A DNA stretch of 64,000 bases. Origin: Mobula hypostoma. Its lineage: Eukaryota. Made by a program: the position numbers and the translations under genes. Below, one piece after another: positions 49,720 to 62,075 of this stretch; positions within the stretch are counted from its first letter, which is position 1; every line of letters begins with the position of its first letter. The stretch lies in the NCBI RefSeq assembly GCF_963921235.1, contig NC_086097.1:37574001-37638000 (forward strand), in the 5' to 3' direction. The notes beneath the pieces were generated by a model that saw nothing but the letters and a program-made list of their open reading frames with translations, did no database searches and was not told the DNA's origin.

Positions 49720-52700
49720 ACAATCTTCTACATGGTGGTGTGCTGAGGCAATGGCATCAACACGGGTGAATAAACTGATTAGAAAGGTTGGCTCTGTTAT
49801 TGGGAGTCAAACTGGACACACTGGAGGCTGTGGTAGAACGAAGGACCCTACGGATAATCCTGGCAACTCTGGACGATGTTTCTCAACCTCTGCATGCCAC
49901 CTTGTCTGAACGTAGGAATATTTTTAGTAATAGACTAAGACAACTGCGCTGCTCCAAAGGCCACTATATGTGGTCATTCTTACCCTTGGTCATTAGGCTC
50001 TATAATGAGATGACCTATAGCTGGGGAAGTGATGACTCCACCTCCCATGAAACTGTTTAAGGTAACTTATTTTTTATTCTTTACTTCTCTTCTAATATTT
50101 GTATATCTGTGCACTTGTAATGTTATTGTGACACTAAATTTCCTTTGGGATTAATAAAGTATCTATCCTGCCCCAATTATTCATTTCTAGACAGAGTAAA
50201 TGGTCTCAATCTTCTCAGAACCTTATGATGTTTAGAATAAATACATTTTTCAGTTTTTCTTTTCTCTCACCCGCCATGCACAATTTTTACAATCCAATCC
50301 AATGGGGATGTTAAAGAATCTATAGAATTTTGGAAAGTTAACATGAATTCAGCTGCCATTTCCATAACAATCTGCTTATAATTCTCTGATTTAAATCAGC
50401 TTCCAAATTTTATGAGAAAGGAGGATGCCATTTAGACTATTAAGTCCTTTCCAGTTTGCAGAGAAATCCCATTTCCACATTAATTTCTCCCCATCACCTA
50501 TCCTCCCCACATTCCCATCAACTTCCTCCAGATTCTCTACGTACCTTAAGTGGAAATTTGATGCGGCCAATTAATTTACCAACTTGCAGAGCTTTGAGAT
50601 GTAGTATAAAACTGAGGCACCCAATGTAAATCTATGCAGTCACAGAAAGAGGGAACATACATAGATACACTGGAAATTAGGGTAGAACCTCATTCACTGG
50701 ATCTGAGGTTGCAACTCTACTGGACATGCCCAAAGCTGCTTTTTTATTTTAAGAAAATAATTTCAGCCTCTATGATCTCCCTCCATATTGAATTGGTTTA
50801 CTGTCACATACACTAGCATACAGTGAAAAACTATCTTGCATAGCATTCATATCAATTCTTTATACAGTAATAGTGCATTGAGGTTATGAGGTAAAACAAT
50901 ACTGAGTGCAGTATACGGTGTTACAATACAGAAAGTGCAGTGCAGGCATGCAATAAAATGCAATGTCATAGCGAGATCGACTGTGAGATTAGGCGTCCAT
51001 TCTTATCATACGAGAGAACTGTTCAATAGTCTTACGACAGAAGGTTAGAAGCCGTCCTTGAACCTCGTGGTTCCAGCTTTCAAGCTTTTATATCTTCTGT
51101 CCAATGAGAGGAGAAAAGAGAATGTCCAGGTTGGGTGGGGTTTTTGGTAATACAGGGCATTTTACCGAGACAGTGAGAGGTGCAGATAGAATTCCGAATG
51201 GAGGCTAGTTTCTGTGACAGTCAGAAGCAGTTGCCATTGAAAACCATAATGCATCCAGATTAGATTCTTTCAACGGTGAATTGATAAGAAGTATGAGAGT
51301 CACAAGGAGCATGGGTCCTGAGGACGTAGAGGTTGGTAAGCGTTTTTTGGCAGTGGTATCACCATGGTTGAACCAGTCCCAGGAACATGAAGCTCTCAAC
51401 CTTCTTGACCTCAACACTGTTGATGTGAAGAGGAGCAAGGAGCATGTGCTATGTACTCCCTCCCCCCTCCCCCACTGAAGTTCTTTATTTTGCTGACACT
51501 GATGGATAGGTAGTTTTCATGACACCATGACATCTGATGCAGTGAGGAATCAAATTCTAGTTCCATTATTCAGCATTATCCATTATTCATTTAATGTTAA
51601 TTAAAAGTTCCCATTGGTGGACTGGCCCACCTGGCTTGTCAGGCACCTCATGCAGCATCTGTGGAAGAATCTCCTGATGCACCAGTGGTCCTCATCAGTT
51701 ACCTCAGAAGCTTTTGAACCAGAATCGAAACAAGTCATCTTCAATCCCAAAAGGACTGCCTGTGAAAAAGATGCTCTTGTAATTTTTTTCAATACTTTCT
51801 TGCTAGCTTGCGTTCAATCCGCCCTTCTCTTTGTTATGAATTATTTGGTTAGCCTTTTTCCTGTCCTAAAGCTTTTAATCTTTTGGCAAGACTAACCTTA
51901 ACTTTCAACCTAATACCATTCCCATCTCTTTAGTCATGAAAATATCACTTTCCCCATGGAGTTTTATTTCTTGTAGGTGCAGAATGAGTAAATATATATT
52001 TTTAAAATTTGTTATTATTTATCTATCATAACTTTTAATTTCCCATCCACCTAATCAGCCCATCCATCATTCTGAGGCAACTTTCTTTGCAATTCTTGCT
52101 GCCGAACTGAGACCTGTCATACTCAAACCTAAAGTCAAAGTCAAGTTTATTGCCAATGCACAAGTACATGCATGCACAGGTGCAATAATAAACTTGCTTG
52201 CAGCAGCATTACTGGAACATACCACCATATATTCACAAGCATGAATCTTAAGTTGTGCACATTTTTTTTTACAAGAAATCACAGCTAGAACAAAAATATT
52301 CAATTTTAGTGCAAGGTGGTCAAAGTGGCTAAACAGTACCGATGAGGGTTTACCAGTTGGCTCAAAAAACTGAATGGTCGAAGGGAAGTAGCTTGAACCC
52401 TAGTGGTGAGAGACTTCAGGCTTCTGTAGCTGTACTCCCCTGCTCAAAAGATGGCATGACATGGATGGCAGGCATTCTTGATGACAGATTTTGCCTTCTT
52501 GAAGTAACACCTCCTGTACACATAACTGATGGTGTGGAGAAATGTGCTCATGAAGTAATGGCCACAACCCTGCACAACCGAGTTGCCATACCGGAGCATG
52601 ATGCAACAAGTCAGAATATTTTCAACAGTACTTCTGTATAATGGCAAACCTAAGAAAGTAGGGAAGCTAGTGAGTTTTCCTTTATGATTGCATCAATGTG

Positions 52701-52745
52701 TTGGGCTGAGGATAGGTCATCAGATTAACACCCAGAAATTTAAAG
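49720..52745. mobile_element. Rex1/L2-like LINE 3' fragments (+ 49720-50165, - 50790-51520, - 52125-52745)
   Basis: NKLIRKVGSVIG..PLHATL..SFLPLVIRLYN; YRSTVENILTCCIMLRYG. Confidence 0.65.
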
Positions 52746-54597
52746 ATATGTTAAGATGGTGCTGAGAAAAGATGACTTTTCAAATCCTCTTTCCTACAGA
52801 ACCCTTTGTTTTCAGATGACTAATTTCCTTACTAATCTATTGCTCCAAATGCATTCCACTAATTCATCCTTGAATCTACACCAATTGTGTTTGCCCAGCC
52901 CATCTGAACATTTATTTCATATAATTATTCTATCATCCTTGTTTTAGGTTCCCATATTATTGATCAGTAAAGCTCCATGAGGGTTCCTGTAAATATTAGA
53001 ACATGTGGTTCATTCATTATTGTCCTAATGCCATTCCTGATCAGACTCTCCTGTGCTTTCCTGTTCCAAAATGCAAAATACCCACTAATATTTAATTCCC
53101 ATCTTTGCCTACAATGCTACACATCTCAATGTTAGTGATAATTCGATCAAACTCATTTATCTCTATTTCTGCCATTAATTTATCTGTATTGCAAATTTAT
53201 AATTCAGTTAAAGTGAAGACTGAACTTAATTTTATTTCTCCTGATTTTTAAGGTTACAACATTGCAATCTCTTGAGCATTATCACACTCAGCACTTTTTT
53301 TTAAAACACATCATTTCAGTTTTTTTTTTGTCATTTTTCAGATTCTGGGCATCACTGGCAAGGACAACAGTTATTCCTTGTTCCTATTCGAACACGAATG
53401 ACTTACTATTTTGAAACGTGTTTTAATCAAATGGAGTTCCATGAGATTTCACCAAAAAGCATCTTCACTTCACTTTCAGTATTCTAAAGGGGGGACATAT
53501 TCTCCGCAATTTCCTGGTTTGCTCTTCCATCTCTCTTTTGTCACCCTGAAGCTACAAGATATTCAACATTATCCTTTTACCTATTCTCACTGTTTATGAA
53601 ATTAGCCTGCAGGACTGGCAGAATCTGTGGATAAAAAACTGATGAAATATTATCAATTTCAAACTTTAACTTTCTCTCCATAGATGCTGTCTAACTTGCC
53701 ATGACTGCCACCACCCGAAATCTCATAGACTTTCTCTTTCCACCATTGCTGCCTGATCTGCTGAGTATTAACAGCATTTTCAATTTTTAATTGCTGGATT
53801 TTCAAGTATTTGTGTTACCAGTTCGGCATTTTAACCAGTGCACCTTTTAGTTATTGTCAATATCTGTGGATTTATTATCCTCAACCTAAAATTACCATTT
53901 TCACAGGATGCTTCTTTGCAATCAAACTTTGACATAGCATCTTCTTTAATAAGAAAACTTGCAGATTATTTCATATCCACTATGTTGTAATTATTTTGCC
54001 ATCAGTGACTGTGTCACTACTGATAGCAGTTCAAAATTCTACTAGCACTGATTAAATTTCTGGCAAAAAGGCAACAACTTCCAGTAGCAGACAGGATACA
54101 GTGAATGTCAGCAGTTTTAAAAAAAAGTTTGCTGTTAATTATTTAAAGGCCAGCACATATCTGTTGCAAGATTTACTGACAGATTACATAGAGTCCACTA
54201 GTTAAGCCAAGTCTTGCTGAGATTTCCCTTCATTTGTACTGGGAAGATCACCTCTTGATCCTGCAGCTGATTAGGAAGCAGTAGTGAGGTTCAATTTCAT
54301 TGTATTCAATTTAATCTTTTAAGAATAATTAGAAATTATTTGGTGTTGTTAGTTAATTATTTTACATGTCTGTTATTGTGGAATACCAATTCTTTGTTAA
54401 ATAGAGGCCAAGAAAAATGCAAAAGTTAAATTCATGCTTCCTTCAAAGTACCTTTTTAGGTTCTGCATTAGTTATCTCAACCATAGTACATAGTTTCAAA
54501 TCAGCAAGTTGTAGTTCAAAGAGCTCTTCAAAATCTTAAGCATGCAATCTAAACTGATACTAAGCACTATGGGAACTACAAAGCTGTAGTATTTTCG

Positions 54598-54792
54598 AAC
54601 ATAGAAACCCTACAGAACAATACAGGCCCTTCAGCCCACAATGCTGTGCCGAACATGTACTTACTTTAGAAATTACCTAGGGTTATCCACAGCCCTCTAT
54701 TTTTCTAAGCTCAGTGTACCTATCCAGGAGTCTCTTAAAAGACCCTATCGTATCCACCTCCACCACCATTGCCAGCAGCCCATTCCATGCCC
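54598..54792 (-). mobile_element. CR1 second-family 3' end
   Basis: Reverse complement of the 14150-14340 tail. Confidence 0.85.
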
Positions 54793-57659
54793 TTAATATA
54801 TTATACCATCAGTCAGATGGATTTAATAGACTTAATGATTTTTTCCCCAAAATAAGTCCATTTGGCGCCAGATTCAGAAATTATAACTTGATGAAAAATA
54901 ATACATTCGTGCCTTAAAGTGGCTGACAAATTTCGCAAAATTGTGACTTAGAATGAAAATTCTTTAAATTGATGTGAACCACTTTAGGTTATTCAGATCA
55001 TAAAAAGACAGCACACAAAAAAAAACTTCTTGCATTTTCTCCTTTGCTGAATGTTCCAGATATCATAAATAAAAACAGAAAACACTGGAAATACCAGTTT
55101 GGGCTACATTTGTGCAGAGATAAAAGGAGTTATGTTTCAGGTCAATGACTTTTTATCAGAACTAGGAAAAGTTAAAAAAACAAAAGAACATTCTAATTTG
55201 AAGAGTAGAAGGGCAGAGAGAGCAAAAGAAGTGGTGATGACACAGACTCTGAGGTGGCATTGAAGGTTTGCTAACTACAGATAATTTGTCCAGAGAAAGT
55301 GTAAATGACACTGAGGAAAATGAAAAACACAATGCTGGAAAAAGAAACAGAACAATGCATTGCTACAAATCTGAAATAAAAGAAAATGCCAAAAATATTT
55401 TAAAATACTTCAGTGGGTCAGTCAGCTGCACAGAGAAAACTTGCCTAATATTACAAGTTAATGAAATGTCATCAGAAATGTCCAACCCAAAAGACCAATT
55501 ATCCAAAACTATTGAACACAGTGTTCAGACCCAAGAAATATAAAGAGTCTTGCTGAAAGGTGAAGAGCTGGATTCATTAGGACAGGATGAGAGGCCAAAG
55601 GCAGAAGTCAGAATGGGGACTGGGATGCAAAAGTCACAGGCATTTGCAAATTGAATGGATGTGTTCTACAAAGCAGTCACTGCATCTGCATTTGAATTTC
55701 CAATGTAGAGGTTATCTCATCACATTACAGCACTAAATACTGTAAATTGCATTGGAAGTAACATAAATAGCTCACTGCTTCACCTTGAAATAATAGTTGA
55801 GCCTACGAAAATGGGAAGCATAAAGGATCAAAGGACATCAGTTGTACAGAAAAGCAGTGTCAGAAATGGGTGCATAATGATAGAGGCAGAAGAGTTATCT
55901 TGAAGAAATGGAGTACAGTACCTTCAGAATGCTGAATGGGGAGCGGATGTATCTTGTAATGGCATTATATTGAAAGTAGCAGATATTATGGAGGGAGACA
56001 TTCATGTGGAGGGTGCTGGAGTGAATAGTGATAACAAAATAAACTTGCCTCTTGCTCTGGGTGGAAGATAGGACACATAGACATGGTCAGCTAAAAGGCC
56101 TGTTTCTATGCTGCGTCATACTGAGATAGACCATATTAAATAGAAATTGGTAGTAAAGGTGATCAAACTCTTATTTCTACATGAAGTCACACCGTCATTC
56201 ATATACAGGAAAATGCGAGAGGATGTTTCTTTCAAGTTCAAAGGATGCTCAAGGAACTGCACCTATCTTCCAACTAATCATGTTAAACCGCACCCTGCTC
56301 AGTAATTGAATTTCCATAATAATACAATTCACTTCCTATCCTTGTGTTTAAAGTTACCACTAGTGCTGGCTGGATTATTTAAACTGTTGCGCAATAACAG
56401 TGTTATGTTTGAAAAATAGCTGGAGAATAAAGATAATGAAAAGTCACCACACTGAAAGGAAGAAAATCATCTCTTTTAAAAGCCAGCACTTGCAATTTGT
56501 GTAAGATCACCAATCTGTTTGAAATCTGCCTTTCTTCCTTCTTTTCTACAGCTTGATCTGCTTTTATTTCAAATTTCCAACTGTGCTCTTCACTATTTCA
56601 ATTTCAGCCCTGTTTTTTAAATTGTCTTCATTATCTCCTTGCAGTTACACTCCACTATTTTCTACAATAACAACCCTTCATCACCTTCACTGAGCACTAT
56701 CACCATTTGCATTAGAAACATAGAAAACCCACAGCACAATACAGACCACAAACAGAAAAGTTGCTGGTGAACGCAGCAGGCCAGGCAGCATCTCTAGGAA
56801 GGGGTACAGTCAACATTTCGGGCCGAGACTCTTCATCAGAACTAACAGAAAGAAGTTCTCTTACTAGCTCTTCTTTCAGTTAGTTCTGACTACCCACACG
56901 ATCAATGCCACTCATCATCTTGATGAGAGACCCTCTCAGACCTTCAGCCTCCATTGATCAGACCCTCTCAGTCTCCATTTTACCACAGTTAACTTCGAAC
57001 ATTCTTTTTCTCAGAAGTCCAAAGGTTTTGCTAGTGCACTGGAAAAAGAGGTGAATTTCACCAGACATGTGCACTTACTGATAGTTGGTTTTCAAATGTG
57101 AGAAAAGATCCACGTTGTCCAGAGTCTTATCAAGAACATTTATTACCTGTATCTTGGAGCAGACCTTTGTTTTTAAATATGACATGCAAAATCCTTACCA
57201 GTTCAGTGATAATCACTGGCTTGAGGCCTTCAACAGAGATAGAATGTTGACAGAAATGTCAACAACTAAACAACCTCAGATAGTTATTGTGTTTGCATTG
57301 TATTTAAAGTAGTTCACCAATTGTATCCCCATGGTGTAAACAGCTCAGATAAGTTACATGGAAGGCAAATAAACCAAAATCTATTCCTATTTTTGATTCA
57401 ACAGTTAGATATAGATTTATGATCTATGGTGATTTCAACTTTGCATCACCCTTCCATCCTTCAAGAACAACAACTAGGCATATGGAATATGGACCTATGG
57501 TCCAACAATGAATTATGGCTAGTATTACACCGGAAGAGAACCATTAATGACTTTCACTGGTTTGTATATACAATTAAAATACAAAATGCTGGTAATAGTA
57601 TTTTGCAGAGAGAAGCAAAGTTAACATCTTAGGCCAATGACCTAAAGTTAGCACCACTG

Positions 57660-58705
57660 ATAATGACTATAAGGTATAGCAGCAGAATTAGGTAATTCAG
57701 CCCATCAAGTCTGCTCTGCATTTCAATTATGGATATTTTTCAACCCCATTCTCACACTTACTCCCCATAACCTTTAACCTCCTTACTAATCAACCATCAA
57801 CTTATGCCTTAAATACACATTAACGACTTATCCCCCACAGCTATATGTGGCAATGGACTCCATAGATTCACAAATGTCTGGATAAAGTATTTCCTCATTA
57901 TTCTGAGGCTGTGGCCTCATATCCCAGGTTCTTCTACTAATGGAAACATCCTTTCTATGTCCACTCCGTTCAGGCTTTTCAACATCTGCTAGGTTTCAAC
58001 GAGATCATAGTTCAAAAGTTCAAAGATCCCCTCAGCCTTCTGAGCACCATTGAGTGCAGACTGAGAGACCTCAAACACCTCATATGTTAAGTCTTTTATT
58101 CCTCATAGTGTTCTTGTGAACCTTCTCTGGACCCTCTCCAGGCCCACTGTACCCTTCCTTAGATACATTACCCAAAATTGCTTATAATATTCTAAATATG
58201 GTGTGACTAATTCTTTATAAAGCCTCAGCAGTATATTCTTGCTTTTATATTCGCATGCTCTCTAAATGAATGTGAATATTGAGGTTGCCTTTATTATTGA
58301 CTCAGCCTTGAAGGAATTCTCAACCAAGACTTCCTAGTCCCTTTGCACCTCTGATTTCTGAATTTCCTCTCCATTTAGAAAATAATCTCCATCTTTATTC
58401 TTCCTACCAAATTGCATAACCCCGTACTTTCCTCTGCTGCATTCTATCTGCCATTTCTTTGCCCACTCCTAAACTGTCCAAGTCCTTCTGCAGACTCCCT
58501 GTCTCCAAAACACTACATGTTTCTCCACCTATACTGGTAGTGTCTACAAACTTGGACATAACATCATCAGTTTCTTCATCCAGATCATTAATGTATAAAA
58601 TCAAACAGTTGCAGTCCCAACACTGAGCCCTGCAGAACTCCACTGATCACCAACAGCCATCCTGAAAATGATCCCCAAATATTCACTCTCTAATTTCTGC
58701 CAAAT
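57660..58705 (-). mobile_element. Old CR1 RT/3' fragment
   Basis: Minus ORF 58404-58643 LYINDLDEETDDVMSKFVDTT..LQKDLDSLG. Confidence 0.8.
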
Positions 58706-60489
58706 AAAACGTTATGGATCTTAATGCTTCTGCTTCTCGCTTCATAGATACAGCTTCTCAGAATTTTCAGTTTTTAATTTCAGGTAAATACTATCTTCTA
58801 ATTTTGTTCTTCTTTGATTAGTGTTCTGGTTCAGATAAAGAATATATATGTTTCCTATGACTCACTATACATCTCTAAGGTGTGGAAAGCAGCCTATAAA
58901 TAATTCATGATATAAAATGTTCACCAAACCATTCAAGCAATCTTTATATTTTAACATGAGTAAAAACACAATATTATGATGTAGTTGCCTGTCACTTTAA
59001 TTACTGACACTTCTTCAGCCATATTTGTATTTCAATCTTTCACAATCCACAAACATAGGCAATTTGTTCAATTGACTCCAACACAGTACAAGCTTACAGT
59101 TAAAAATTAAATTCACACAATATTTTCTTTGTAGTTGGGATCAGTATATTATACAAAATATACAATTAACAAGCACTTTGTAAACACAACATGATATCTA
59201 AGAAAGTTAATAGCTCTGAACAACGTATTAAGTACAGTATTGATAAACATTCTACACACCAATATTTCTAAAGGGATAAAAATTAAATTACGTCTCACCG
59301 AAACTATAATCATTCTGTTTGCAAAAGTAAACAATTACTAACATATTTTCCAATGCTGTTATTGTATGACTCAAAAAATGTGAAGGGAAAGGAATGCATG
59401 AGGGAATGAAAATCCAGTTGTGTATACGATATTACCTGATAACCAACAATATAAACATACAAGATATTTCTGGGTATTTATGGGGGAAAATTCTGCTAAA
59501 ATAAGCAAGTTTCAGTTTGAAGTTAATGCTCATCACATAATCCCTTCTTAGAATTGTACCAGGACAGTACCCTCCTAGAATGCAGTAAGGCAAACCGGTG
59601 TGAATAGTTACATTTTTGAAAACACAATATAAACAACAGGAGAAGAAAGTCTGAAATTAATTACATAAGATGGCTATAACAATATGTAGAAAAACTGGAA
59701 ACGTTCAGCAGATCAGGCAGCATCAGTGAAACGGAAAAACGGTCATTGTTTTGTGTCAAGGACCCTTCATCAGCACTGGAAAAGACAGAAGAATGTTTTA
59801 AATTTCAGAGAATAAGTGGCATATAATTGGGTGCTCACGATGTGGCCTGACTCTTTTGTAGAAGACTTCTAAGGCTAATGAGTCATTTGTCAATGTACAC
59901 TGCTGCCCCAATCTTACTCTGATCGTTCACATTCCTCAAATACATCCAGTGTAAACTCAAGAAAAAGAAACTCATCTTCCAACTAGGCATGCTACAAGAC
60001 TCAGGATTTAATACAAACATTAACAAATTAAGATACACACATTTCCCCCTCTACATTTGTTGTTACACTACGTATCCATTTCATTTTGTTCCAATTGCCA
60101 ACTTGTAAATAATTGCAACCCCAACAACTTTGTCTGCTGTCCTCTGTAACATAAACTCTTGTTTTCTCACAATTCTCAGTTCTGGCACTGACAAGGCTCC
60201 CCACAGATAATGCCTGATCTGCTGAGTGCTTTAGGCATTCTCTTTTTTTCCAGTTTTTTAAAAAATCTTCAAAAACAATGTTTTCTTATTTTTATACGAA
60301 TGACAATGCTTCAGACCTAAACTTCATTTTATAGAAACTTTGAAACAAAAGATGAGCATTGATTAGAAATGGTTTGCCTTTCTAAATCCACAACCTTCAA
60401 TGTTGATGTTCTTCCAAATTTTCACAACAATCTCTCCAGTTTGTAGAGAGTTGAAACAGTGAAAATAAGATGAATAAACTGTTCCCTGG

Positions 60490-61755
60490 CTTGCAGCCAT
60501 GTAGATCTATCAATTATAACTGACATTTTGATAGCCAACTCTGCCACCTTCATCAGGGATGATGCCTGGACATTTCTAGTCCAGTGGTATTTATATCCCT
60601 GTAGTTCATCCCTCCAATCAGTTTTCTGTTCTCACCTTGTTTACAATCAAATTCCAGTTCTTACTTAGAGCAAGAACTTTGTCTTTGTTAAAAATACTTT
60701 TCTCTAGTTTTATTTCAATGGCATCTTTTATCAGGTGGTCCCAAAAGCCATTGGCATAGCACAGTAGTTTCGTGCCATCGAAGTCAATCCTATGGCTACC
60801 GTGAATGCAATGTTCTGTTACGTTTTAGCGTTCACAGGATTCCCTGTCAGTGCAGAGTTGTGTACCGGCCAGATGGGGGACACAGTGGAAATCCACATCA
60901 AGGAGCACAGGAGGTGTACCCGTTTGGGTTAACCAGAGAAATCGGTGTAGCAAAACATTGTCTATGGAGGTTCTCAGTCATCTAGGTCATTGTATATCAA
61001 AGTAAATCAAGGCAACTGAACTTGCTGTGTTGTATAAAAGATGTTTTGCCACTCATCCAAGAGGCTTCTTCAGTTCTGATCCATGGTGGGAAGTTTTCTG
61101 GTTTATAAACTCTATGAGTTCATTAAAGGTATAGCAATCACATGACAGTCGTTAAAAGTCATTGAGGTAATGAGAGGGTCATTAGTCTTATCTTTGCATG
61201 AATGAAGGTGTGAACTGTTCTGGAGATGCCAGGGTAGAGATGTTAAGACTGCATTGTAACGAGCTGCTAGGTGGTGTTGTACCCTGCCCCTGTTCAGTGA
61301 TGGGTTTTCCAGTTTGACAAAGATGGCTTCGTTAATGCCTCTTTCAACTTTGTTATAGCAGAACATTGCATTCGCAATGGCCATAAGATTGACTTTGACA
61401 ACACAAAACTACTGTGCCATGCTAACGGCTTTTGCGACCACCTGGTAAAGGAAGCCACTGAAATAAGAATAGAGGAAAAGAATTTTAACAAGCACAAAGG
61501 TCTCGCTCTAAGAGCTGGCATTCGATTGTAACAAGGTGTGAGAGCGGAAACCTGATTGGATGAGGACTAACCAATCAGGAGGGACAGACTATGGAGGGAA
61601 ATAATACCACCACACTAGACATGCCCAGCCATCATCTCTGATGAAGATGGCAGAGTTGGTCATCGAAACAGTTATAACCAATACCTCTAACTCTCTGGAA
61701 GCCCGAGAAGAGTTTATTCGTCATGTATGCCGGGAAAGCACTAATCCTTTTTCAG
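60490..61755. mobile_element. Penelope-like element with inverted terminal duplication and a nested second PLE (60961-61355, minus)
   Basis: 60490-60820 is the reverse complement of about 61356-61700 (EHCIRNGHKIDFDNTKLL..LVKEATEI). The nested piece encodes ERGINEAIFVKLENPSLNRG and is flanked by TAGCA(A/G)AACATTG at 60948-60960 and 61356-61368. Confidence 0.82.
61630..61676 (+). ncRNA. Minimal hammerhead ribozyme-like motif in PLE terminus
   Basis: CTGATGA-A-GATGGC-AGAGTTG-GTCATC-GAAAC: both core boxes and a 6-bp stem II are present; stems I and III are degenerate. Confidence 0.6.
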
Positions 61756-61779
61756 AAAAAATAAAGAGTTATAATTCAA

Positions 61780-62075
61780 TGGCAAGTGGCCAAATGGTTA
61801 AGGCATTCGACTAGCGACCTGAAGATCATGAGTTTGAGCCCCTGCCGAGGCAGCGTGTTGTGTCCTTGAGCAAGGCACTTAACCACACAGTGCTCTGCGA
61901 CGACACTGGTGCTAAGCTGTATTGGCCCTTGCCCTCCCCTTGGACAACATCGGTGTCGTGGAGAGCAGCATGGCAACTACCGGTCTTCCATACAACCTTG
62001 CTCAGGCCTGCGCCCTGTAGAGTGAAGACTTTCCAGGCGCAGATCCATGGTCTCGCAAGACTAACGGATGCCTTT
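61780..62075 (+). mobile_element. tRNA-derived SINE
   Basis: GTGGCCAAATGGTTAAGGCATTCG (A-box-like), GAGTTTGAGCCC (B-box-like), TGTGTCCTTGAGCAAGGCACTTAACC body, tail GACTAACGGATGCC; homologous to 1060-1375. Confidence 0.8.
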
